From an uncultured Christensenella sp. (GTDB lineage: Bacteria > Bacillota > Clostridia > Christensenellales > Borkfalkiaceae): 64,000 nucleotides of DNA. The stretch lies in the NCBI GenBank assembly GCA_910586035.1, contig CAJUHT010000005.1, positions 18,818-82,817 on the forward strand, read 5' to 3'. Under the pieces are notes generated by a model. That model did no database searches and was not told where the DNA came from. It was given only the letters and a program-made list of their open reading frames with translations. This document shows positions 1-7,402 of this stretch, one piece after another. A program made the position numbers and the translations under genes. Position 1 is the stretch's first letter. Each line of letters starts with the position of its first letter.

Positions 1-1
1 C

Positions 2-355
2 GATACAAAGGACGCGTTTTGGCACGGCAACAACATAGTCGTTAAGGACAGCGTAATCAAGGGCGAATATTTCGCCTGGTACTCCAAAAACCTTACGCTT
101 GTAAACTGCAAGATTATAGGCACCCAGCCATTCTGTTACTGCACGGGGCTTAAACTTATAAATTGCAGTATGGAGGGTTGCGATTTGGCTTTTGAAAAGT
201 CGCAGGCAACGGCGGAAATTACCACTAAGGTAGACAGTATAAAGAACCCGTACGAGGGCGTTATAACCGTACCCGAGGTGGGCGAAATTATCCGCGACGA
301 CCCTAAATCTAACGGAAAAATAATTATAAAAAGTGTTGAATGCGCGGTTAAATGA
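2..355 (+). CDS. Beta-helix repeat protein, C-terminal fragment (possibly DUF3737 family); 5' end lies upstream of the window
   Basis: Frame 2 is open from nt 2 to the TGA at 353-355. The ORF track lists it only from internal Met 170. The translation DTKDAFWHGNNIVVKDSVIKGEYFAWYSKNLTLVNCKIIGTQPFCYCTGLKLINCSMEGCDLAFEKS...DSIKNPYEGVITVPEVGEIIRDD shows short repeats of about 20 aa of the parallel beta-helix type. The DUF3737 assignment is from memory only. Confidence 0.45.
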   Translation, partial: DTKDAFWHGNNIVVKDSVIKGEYFAWYSKNLTLVNCKIIGTQPFCYCTGLKLINCSMEGCDLAFEKSQATAEITTKVDSIKNPYEGVITVPEVGEIIRDDPKSNGKIIIKSVECAVK

Positions 356-401
356 AGCGCAGTTGCGCGTTTGTAACCGTCGGGTTACTCATTGATAAAT
401 T

Positions 402-2189
402 ATGCTTTTAGGCAGGCACATTAACAGATATTATCTCAAATATATATGGCTGTATCTCATAGGCATTGTCGGCTTGGTTGCGGTTGATTGGTTTCAACTT
501 CTCATACCCGAATATCTGGGCAGAATAGTCGACTTGTTTAACGGAGATACCGCGGATACCTCGGCGTTGGGCGAAATCGTCGTCGGGGTAATTTTTGTTG
601 CCGTAATTCTCTTTGCGGGCAGGGTTATGTGGAGATTTTCCATATTTGCCGCCTCGCAAAAGACGGAGGCGGGCTTGCGCAGGAAGATGTTCGTTAAGGC
701 GGAAAATCTGCCCATATCCTATTACGGAAAAAACAAGGTCGGAACGGTTATGGCGTGGTTTACGACCGACCTCGAAACGATAGAGGAATACCTCGGTTGG
801 GGCACCATTATGCTGTTCGACGCGGGCTTTTTAACCGCGCTCGTAATAATTAAAATGGTGCGGCTCGACTGGGTGCTGTCGCTTATAGTCTTTCTGCCCC
901 TCGCGCTCATAGCCGTATGGGGGGCGCTGGTTGAAAAATTTCTCTCCGAAAAGTGGACGGTACGGCAGAAAGAATTTGACGGGCTGTACGATTTCTCGCG
1001 CGAGAGTTTTACGGGCATAAGGGTGATAAAGGCGTTTTTAAACGGCACGCGCCGCCTGCACGGGTTTGCAAAAACGGTTAAAAAGAACAGGGACGCAAAC
1101 GTTGCCTACGCCCGCCTCGCCGTGCTGTTCGACTGCATAATTTCGCTTATAATCGCGCTTATTACCGCCGTAATTTTAGGCGTCGGCGGGTACTTCGTCT
1201 ACGCATATACAACGGGCGCGCCCGCGGTGGTGTTCGGGCATAGCATAGATATGTCTGCGGGCGATTTGGTAACCTTTTTGGGGTACTTCGAAACTATGAT
1301 TTGGCCTATGATGGCGTTGGGGCAAATAATTTCTATGCGCTCGCGCGCCAAGGCTTCGCTTAAAAGGGTTTCCGATTTTTTAAACGCGGAGGAGGAAAAG
1401 GAGCCGCAAAACGCCCTTGCCTTGACCGACGTGAAGGGCGCGGTAATCTTTAAAAACTTTACCTTTTGCTATCCCGACTGCCAGACTCCCGCGCTTAAAA
1501 ACGTAACGCTTGAAATTGCCGCGGGCGAGCGCGTGGGTGTTATAGGCAAGGTGGGAAGCGGCAAAACTACGCTTGTAAACGCGCTGTTGAAAATTTACCC
1601 CGTGGACGGCGGACAGGTGTTTATAGACGGCAAGGATATCACCGCCTGCCGCTCGGAGGACGTGAGGAACGCGGTGGCGTACGCCCCGCAGGACAACTTT
1701 CTTTTCAGCGACACAATTGCCGGCAACATAGCTTTCGGCGCGGACGGCTGTTCCGATGAAAGGGTGAGGCAGGCGGCGGAGTTCGCCTGTCTGGACGGGG
1801 ATATTCAGGGTTTCAGGGACGAATACCAAACGGTGTGCGGCGAGCGCGGCGTAACCCTTTCGGGCGGGCAGAAACAGCGGGTGTCAATCGCCCGCGCGTA
1901 CATAAAGGACGCGCCCGTCCTCATTCTGGACGACAGCGTTTCCGCGGTGGATATGAAGACGGAGGAAGCCATTCTCTCCGCCATAGAGCGCGAACGCAGG
2001 GGCAAGACGACCATAATCGTCGCTTCGCGGGCGAGCACCGTGGCGAGGTTCGACAAGGTCATAGTTATGAACGGCGGCGAAGTGGAAGCGTTTGCGCCGC
2101 CCTCCGAGCTGGCGGCAATTTCGCCCACGTACGAAAAAATGGTGCGCTTGCAGGCTTTGGAAGAAAGGGTTGCGGGAGGCGGCAAATGA
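402..2189 (+). CDS. ABC exporter half-transporter (TMD-NBD), subunit 1 with degenerate catalytic residue
   Basis: 595 aa. Hydrophobic six-helix N-terminal half, then an NBD with Walker A GKVGSGKT, signature LSGGQKQR and Walker B VLILDD followed by S. An Asp sits where the catalytic Glu normally is. Confidence 0.9.
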   Translation: MLLGRHINRYYLKYIWLYLIGIVGLVAVDWFQLLIPEYLGRIVDLFNGDTADTSALGEIVVGVIFVAVILFAGRVMWRFSIFAASQKTEAGLRRKMFVKAENLPISYYGKNKVGTVMAWFTTDLETIEEYLGWGTIMLFDAGFLTALVIIKMVRLDWVLSLIVFLPLALIAVWGALVEKFLSEKWTVRQKEFDGLYDFSRESFTGIRVIKAFLNGTRRLHGFAKTVKKNRDANVAYARLAVLFDCIISLIIALITAVILGVGGYFVYAYTTGAPAVVFGHSIDMSAGDLVTFLGYFETMIWPMMALGQIISMRSRAKASLKRVSDFLNAEEEKEPQNALALTDVKGAVIFKNFTFCYPDCQTPALKNVTLEIAAGERVGVIGKVGSGKTTLVNALLKIYPVDGGQVFIDGKDITACRSEDVRNAVAYAPQDNFLFSDTIAGNIAFGADGCSDERVRQAAEFACLDGDIQGFRDEYQTVCGERGVTLSGGQKQRVSIARAYIKDAPVLILDDSVSAVDMKTEEAILSAIERERRGKTTIIVASRASTVARFDKVIVMNGGEVEAFAPPSELAAISPTYEKMVRLQALEERVAGGGK

Positions 2190-3946
2190 CGGAAGAAAAA
2201 CAAATTCTGCTGGGTGAAAAGCACCTGCCGTTAAACGTAAAATTAAAGCGCACATTCGCATACTTAAAGCCCCAGCTTCCGCGCTTTATAACCGCGCTTG
2301 CTCTGCTTATTTTAAACGTCGCTTTCGACGTGGCTATGCCCGTGTTCATAAGTTCCGCGTGCGACAATTTAAAGTCCAATTCGCTAAACTTAAACTTTAT
2401 AATAGGGCTTGCGGTGGGCTATATCTCGGTGGGCGCGGTCAATCAGATTGTGCTGTATATCGAAAGTATGCTGTTGCAGAAGGCGGGGCAGAGCATAGTG
2501 GCAACTATGCGGTTGCAGGTGTATTCGCATATCCAAAACCTTTCGCAGAGCCAGCTCGATAAAATGCCCGTCGGTTCGCTTGTAACAAGGGTTGCCAACT
2601 ACACTGCATCCCTTTCCGACCTGTTTACCGAAGTGCTTGTAAAGGTGCTTAAAAATATTCTTACGGTGGCGGGCGTGTACGGTATGATGCTGTACATAAG
2701 CTGGCAGCTTTCGCTTGTTATGCTCGCGTTCATTGCCGCCGTCGCCGCAATTTCCTTTATATTCGGCAAAATAATAGGCGCTATTTTCCGCAAGGAAAGG
2801 CAATATATTTCCGAACTCAACGCCTACCTCAACGAAAACCTTTCGGGTATGAAGCTCATTCACGTTTTCAACCGCCGCCAATTCAAAGAGTTGGAGTTTG
2901 TGCTCAAAAACGAAAATCTGCGCAAAGCCCGCTATAAGGTGGTGGTAGCTTTCGGCATTTACCGCCCGCTTATCACTTTAATTTATATACTGTCGATAGC
3001 CGCAACTTTCTATCTCGGCATAGGCTTCGGGTTAAATTCGGCAATGCTCGTCGCGTTCTATCTGTATCTATCCAAATTTTTCAACCCCATACAGAATCTT
3101 GCCGACCAGCTAAACAACCTCCAAAAGGCTTTTACCGCATCGGAGAGACTGTTCAACCTGTTGGACGTGGAGCCGCAGGTGCGCGACTGCGAGGGCGCGG
3201 AGGAGGTGGAAAACTTCCGCGGGGAAATAGAGTTCGAAAACGTCTGGTTTGCCTACGAGGGTGAGGACTGGATATTGAAGGACGTTTCTTTCAAGGTGAA
3301 CGCGGGCGAAACGTGCGCTTTCGTCGGGGCGACGGGCGCGGGCAAGAGCACGGTGCTTGCGCTTATCGTGCGCAATTACGATATCGCCAAAGGGCGCATA
3401 CTAATCGACGGCAGGGATATTAAGACGATTAAAATAAAGTCCCTGCGCCGCGCCGTGGGGCAGATGTTGCAGGACGTATTTCTCTTCGGCGGCACGCTCA
3501 AAAGCAACCTTACGCTCGGCGGGAATTTTTCCGACGAAGAAATTCAAGCCGCCTGCCGCTACGTAAACGCCGACGGCTTCATTGACGAGCACCCGCAGGG
3601 TTTGGACAGGGAACTTTCCGAGCGGGGCGAAAACCTGTCGCAGGGGCAAAGGCAACTCTTATCCTTCGCCCGCACCGTTCTGCATAAGCCGCAAATACTC
3701 ATTTTGGACGAAGCCACCGCCAATATCGACACGGAAACGGAGGCGCTCATACAGGAAAGTCTGGAAAAGATGCGCAACATTGGCACTATGCTCGTCTGCG
3801 CCCACAGGCTGTCCACCGTAAAAAACGCCGATAAAATTATAGTTATGCGCAACGGCGTAATCGCGGAGAGCGGCACTCACTCCGAGTTGCTTTCACTCGG
3901 CGGGTATTATTACGATTTGTACAGTTTACAGTCGGAAAAGCTGTAA
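2186..3946 (+). CDS. ABC exporter half-transporter (TMD-NBD), subunit 2 with degenerate signature motif
   Basis: The frame opens at 1835, but the plausible start is ATG 2186, which overlaps the upstream stop (ATGA, 2186-2189). 586 aa, MTEEKQILLGEKHL... Walker A GATGAGKS, signature variant LSQGQRQ, Walker B ILILDEAT (canonical Glu). Confidence 0.9.
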   Translation: MTEEKQILLGEKHLPLNVKLKRTFAYLKPQLPRFITALALLILNVAFDVAMPVFISSACDNLKSNSLNLNFIIGLAVGYISVGAVNQIVLYIESMLLQKAGQSIVATMRLQVYSHIQNLSQSQLDKMPVGSLVTRVANYTASLSDLFTEVLVKVLKNILTVAGVYGMMLYISWQLSLVMLAFIAAVAAISFIFGKIIGAIFRKERQYISELNAYLNENLSGMKLIHVFNRRQFKELEFVLKNENLRKARYKVVVAFGIYRPLITLIYILSIAATFYLGIGFGLNSAMLVAFYLYLSKFFNPIQNLADQLNNLQKAFTASERLFNLLDVEPQVRDCEGAEEVENFRGEIEFENVWFAYEGEDWILKDVSFKVNAGETCAFVGATGAGKSTVLALIVRNYDIAKGRILIDGRDIKTIKIKSLRRAVGQMLQDVFLFGGTLKSNLTLGGNFSDEEIQAACRYVNADGFIDEHPQGLDRELSERGENLSQGQRQLLSFARTVLHKPQILILDEATANIDTETEALIQESLEKMRNIGTMLVCAHRLSTVKNADKIIVMRNGVIAESGTHSELLSLGGYYYDLYSLQSEKL

Positions 3947-4006
3947 GGTTAAAACTTGTGTTTTTGAAAGAAAATTACTTTTTTTGTGAAATTCTATCGT
4001 TTTCGG

Positions 4007-4035
4007 TTGACTTTTACGGGCGCGCATAATATAAT
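4007..4035 (+). promoter_or_regulatory. Sigma-70/SigA-type promoter
   Basis: TTGACT (4007-4012), 17-nt spacer, TATAAT (4030-4035). Confidence 0.55.
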
Positions 4036-4073
4036 AGTTAGCGTAATAACTATTTGCCTGTGTACATTTAACT

Positions 4074-4098
4074 GCCACGGAGCCGTGGCGGTTTTTTT
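4074..4098 (+). terminator. Short intrinsic-terminator-like hairpin with T7 tract
   Basis: CCACG (4075-4079) / CGTGG (4084-4088), loop GAGC, then CGG and TTTTTTT (4092-4098). It lies 128 nt after the ABC exporter stop. Confidence 0.5.
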
Positions 4099-4141
4099 AT
4101 AAGATAATATTGGCGCTTGCGCGCTTTGGGGGATATATATT

Positions 4142-6466
4142 ATGAATAAGGGGAAACTTACAAGGCTTGCCGCTCTGTGTATGGCTTGTCTCGGAATGGG
4201 CGTTTTCGCCTTTTCGGGCTGTAAAAAGAGCAACGGCGGCGAATCCGTCGGCGGCAACAACACCGAAATAAGCGGCGGAGAACAGGGAGGCAATACCGAG
4301 GGCGGAAACGGCTCGGGAAACGAAAATCAAGGCGGAAACGAGAGCGGGAACGGCAACGAAGAGCAGGGCGGAAACGAGGGAGGCGACGGCGGAGAGCAGG
4401 AAGAACCGCCCGTTGAACCCGAAGAGCCCGAAATAAAGCCCGTTCAGGGCGGACCTAAGATAACCAAGGCTTCGGCGGGAGAATTGGAGAGTGCTTACGT
4501 GGAGTGGACCGCCGCGGAAAACGCCGAGTGGTACAACGTGTATTACAGCCCCGCGGGCGGGGATAACTGGACTAAGCTGGACGCGCCTTTGGTAAGGCAG
4601 TACAAAAATTATTTCCGCGCGGACGCGGTAGGGCTGAAAGCGGGCAGTTACGATATGAAAGTAGTGCCCGTCGGCGCCGACGGAGCCGAAGCCCCGCAGT
4701 ACGCGGCTTCGGCAAATAAAATGGCGGTTTACGCTCACGAGCGTTCGGGCTACGCGTTTGTAAACAACACTTCCAAGGCTACGGCTTCGGGCGCGTACAA
4801 TATGGACGGCACCCTGCGCGAGGGCGCGATTGTGCTGTACGTAACCGACGCCAATTTTTCAAGCGTGTCGCTCGAAGTGGGCGGCGTTACCGTAACGGGC
4901 TTGGATAAAATTTTAAACGAGGGATACAAGGAAAAGAACGGGGCTACCAAGCCGCTTTGCGTAAGAATTATAGGCAGTATAGGCGACGAACAGCGCGGCA
5001 TAACCACCGACGCCAAGGGCGATTTGAACATTAAGGGCGTAACGCAGGGGCTTACCGTAGAGGGCATAGGCAACGACGCCACCGCCAACGGCTGGGGCTT
5101 CCACATAACGGGCAGTTCCAACGTAGAAATACGCAACATAGCGCTTATGAATTCAATAGGCGGCACCAAGGACGGCATAGGCTTCGAAAACGCCTGCGAC
5201 CACGTGTGGGTGCATAACTGCGACTTCTATTACGGGCACGACTGGGGCGGCGACCAGAAGAAGGGCGACGGCGCTCTGGACACCAAGTCCTGCACGTACG
5301 TAACCCATTCGTACAACCGTTTCTGGGACAGCGGCAAGTGCAATTTGCAGGGAATGAAGAGCGAAAAAACGACCAACTACATAACCTATCACCACAATTG
5401 GTTCGACCATTCCGACAGCCGCCACCCCAGAATAAGGACGTGCACCGTCCACATTTACAACAACTACTTCGATGGCAACGCCAAGTACGGCGTGGGCGTA
5501 ACTATGGGCGCAAGCGCGTTTGTGGAAAACAATTATTTCCGCTCGACCGCTTCGATGAAGCCTATGCTTTCGTCGGGGCAGGGCACCGACGCGCTTGGCG
5601 AGGGCACGTTCTCGGGGGAAGCGGGCGGTATGATTAAGTCGTTCGGAAACATATACGACTGCTCGGCTTCCAACCTTAAACTGTTGACGCAAAACAACTC
5701 CTCCGCCGACCAAATCGACTGTTACGAAGCTTCGTCGCGCGACGAAGAGGTGCCCGAAAGCTACAAGACGGCTGTCGGCGGCACGGCGTACAACAACTTC
5801 GATACCGCTAAGGATATGTACGAGTATACCGTGGATACCGCCGAGCGGGCTAAGGAAAAGGTTGAAAGGTACGCGGGCAGGGTCGACCAGGGCGACATAC
5901 GCTATGAATTCGACGACGCCACTCAGGACGCCAATTACGACGCAATTCCAGAACTGAGAAATATTCTCAACAATTACTCCAAGACGCTTACGCTTGTCAA
6001 GGTTGGCGATTTGCCCGTTAGCGGCGGCTCTTCGGGCGAGGGCGGAAGCGGCGAAGGGGAAAGCGGTGGCGAAACGCCGCCCGTAAACCCTCCCGAAAAC
6101 GTGGCGGGCGAAATAGTATACGTGCCCGCAACCGACGGAACTGCCGGCAAGGGGGCAATAAAGGCGGGCAACGGCTATAAATCTGGCTCCGCCGCCGTTA
6201 CGATAGACGGCATATCCATTGCCGCAGGCAAGGCACTTAAAATAGATTCTTCGGGCTTCGTCAAATTTACTCCCGATAAAGATATGACGCTTACGCTCTA
6301 TCTCTTCGTCAATTCAATCAAGGTGAACGGCGTTGAAAAGACGGGCGAGCAGGCGGACGGCTACTTCGTTATTACCGTAACGGTAACCGCGGGAGTGGAA
6401 TATAACGTTACTAAGGGAAGTAAGGAAAACCAGCTGTTTATGCTTAAACTTACGCCTCTTGCGTGA
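4142..6466 (+). CDS. Lipoprotein-anchored family-1 pectate lyase (PL1) with G/N/E-rich stalk, Fn3-like module and C-terminal beta-sandwich module
   Basis: 774 aa. SD GGGGGA. Signal peptide with lipobox FAFSG|C. Low-complexity stalk GGNNTEISGGEQGGNTEGGNGSGNENQGGNESGNGNEEQGG. Fn3-like AEWYNVYYSPAGGDNWTKLD. PL1 hallmarks DHVWVHNCDF, KGDGALD, SRHPRIR (R-x-P-x-x-R), IYNNYF, VENNYF. Confidence 0.85.
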   Translation: MNKGKLTRLAALCMACLGMGVFAFSGCKKSNGGESVGGNNTEISGGEQGGNTEGGNGSGNENQGGNESGNGNEEQGGNEGGDGGEQEEPPVEPEEPEIKPVQGGPKITKASAGELESAYVEWTAAENAEWYNVYYSPAGGDNWTKLDAPLVRQYKNYFRADAVGLKAGSYDMKVVPVGADGAEAPQYAASANKMAVYAHERSGYAFVNNTSKATASGAYNMDGTLREGAIVLYVTDANFSSVSLEVGGVTVTGLDKILNEGYKEKNGATKPLCVRIIGSIGDEQRGITTDAKGDLNIKGVTQGLTVEGIGNDATANGWGFHITGSSNVEIRNIALMNSIGGTKDGIGFENACDHVWVHNCDFYYGHDWGGDQKKGDGALDTKSCTYVTHSYNRFWDSGKCNLQGMKSEKTTNYITYHHNWFDHSDSRHPRIRTCTVHIYNNYFDGNAKYGVGVTMGASAFVENNYFRSTASMKPMLSSGQGTDALGEGTFSGEAGGMIKSFGNIYDCSASNLKLLTQNNSSADQIDCYEASSRDEEVPESYKTAVGGTAYNNFDTAKDMYEYTVDTAERAKEKVERYAGRVDQGDIRYEFDDATQDANYDAIPELRNILNNYSKTLTLVKVGDLPVSGGSSGEGGSGEGESGGETPPVNPPENVAGEIVYVPATDGTAGKGAIKAGNGYKSGSAAVTIDGISIAAGKALKIDSSGFVKFTPDKDMTLTLYLFVNSIKVNGVEKTGEQADGYFVITVTVTAGVEYNVTKGSKENQLFMLKLTPLA

Positions 6467-6470
6467 GGGC

Positions 6471-6499
6471 TTGACCCGTATAATAAAATAATGTAAAAT
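6471..6499 (+). promoter_or_regulatory. Promoter for the PPTase gene, overlapping the pectate lyase terminator
   Basis: TTGACC (6471-6476), 17 nt, TAAAAT (6494-6499). The predicted TSS falls inside the 5' arm of the 6500-6533 hairpin. Confidence 0.4.
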
Positions 6500-6533
6500 A
6501 AATGCGGTCGGCGCTTTTGCCGACCGCATTTTT
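6500..6533 (+). terminator. Rho-independent terminator of the pectate lyase gene
   Basis: A 13-bp stem, AAATGCGGTCGGC (6500-6512) / GCCGACCGCATTT (6519-6531), with a 6-nt loop and a T run to 6533. Confidence 0.8.
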
Positions 6534-6545
6534 AAAGGAACGCGT

Positions 6546-7199
6546 ATGTTGAGATTATTCGGAATTAAAAACTCGCAATTTAACGACGAGGGGCTTTTTG
6601 CCGAAAAGCTTGCGCTTTTAGACGGCGAAAGGCGCGCCCGTGTAAACGCGCTTGCCTTGCGGGAAAAGAAAAACTCCTGTCTTGCGGCGGGCTTGATTGT
6701 GCCGCTCGCGTTGAAGGAGTGCGGCTATACGGGCGAGGTTGTTACGGCTACGGGGCAGTGGGGCAAGCCGTTTCTCGTAAAGCCCGCGGGGCGCTTTTAT
6801 AACGTTTCCCATTCGGGCGATTGGACGGTAATCGCGCTTTCGGACGGCGAAGTCGGTTGCGATATTCAGCAGGTCAAGCCCGTGGACCTAAGGCTTGCGG
6901 GCAGGTTTTTCACCGCGGAAGAAAGCCGCGCAATCGCGGAAGCGGGTGGTAAATCGCAGGAGCTGTTTTACCGCTATTGGGTGGTAAAGGAAAGCTATTT
7001 AAAGGCGGTGGGAGTAGGGCTCAACCGCGCGCTCAACTCCTTTTCCGCGCGCTTTACCGCGGGCGGCGTTAAGGTGTGCGACGGGGAGGGGGACGGCGGT
7101 TGGCTCGTTTCGGAAATCGACTGCGCCGAGGGGTACAGACTTGCCTGTTGCGCGCGGGAATACGCGCCCGACTGCGGCGTTGAGGAGCTTAAAATATAG
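6546..7199 (+). CDS. 4'-phosphopantetheinyl transferase, Sfp type
   Basis: 217 aa. Motifs FYNVSHSGDWTVIALSDGEVGCDIQ and WVVKESYLKAVGVGL (W-x-x-KES-x-x-K) are the two conserved Sfp/EntD-family blocks. Confidence 0.85.
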   Translation: MLRLFGIKNSQFNDEGLFAEKLALLDGERRARVNALALREKKNSCLAAGLIVPLALKECGYTGEVVTATGQWGKPFLVKPAGRFYNVSHSGDWTVIALSDGEVGCDIQQVKPVDLRLAGRFFTAEESRAIAEAGGKSQELFYRYWVVKESYLKAVGVGLNRALNSFSARFTAGGVKVCDGEGDGGWLVSEIDCAEGYRLACCAREYAPDCGVEELKI

Positions 7200-7202
7200 T
7201 CG

Positions 7203-7233
7203 CGCGGCGCGCCGCGGCGTATCTCTTTTGTTT
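7203..7233 (+). terminator. Possible weak terminator after the PPTase gene
   Basis: GC palindrome CGCGGCG/CGCCGCG (7203-7216) followed after ~8 nt by the T-rich CTCTTTTGTTT. The geometry is non-canonical. Confidence 0.3.
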
Positions 7234-7289
7234 ATGCTACGTATAAATATTGCTAATAATTGGTTTTCCGCCGCAGTGGTTAAAATCGG

Positions 7290-7318
7290 TTGCAAAAACT
7301 TTTAAAATGTGATAAAAT
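7290..7318 (+). promoter_or_regulatory. Extended -10 promoter of the MoxR/VWA operon
   Basis: TTGCAA (7290-7295), 17 nt, TG-a-TAAAAT (7310-7318). It shares the 11-mer GTGATAAAATA with the 19686 promoter. Confidence 0.55.
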
Positions 7319-7335
7319 ACAGTATCGAAGAGATT

Positions 7336-7357
7336 TTATGCATTTATTCCTGCATAA
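7336..7357. promoter_or_regulatory. Inverted repeat TTATGCA-N8-TGCATAA (operator-like) just downstream of the -10
   Basis: TTATGCA at 7336-7342 and its exact reverse complement TGCATAA at 7351-7357. Confidence 0.4.
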
Positions 7358-7402
7358 ACGTGTTATATATTCAATAATTAAACGGAAAGGAGGTTCGTAC
7401 GT

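Noticed and set aside
1835-2185. N-terminal 117-codon extension of the second ABC exporter ORF (track lists 1835..3946).
   Set aside because: It lies wholly inside the first exporter gene in another frame. Its translation is R/G-rich (MRRARRNPFGRAETAGVNRPRVHKG...), which is not protein-like. ATG 2186 forms the typical ATGA coupling and gives a normal exporter N-terminus.
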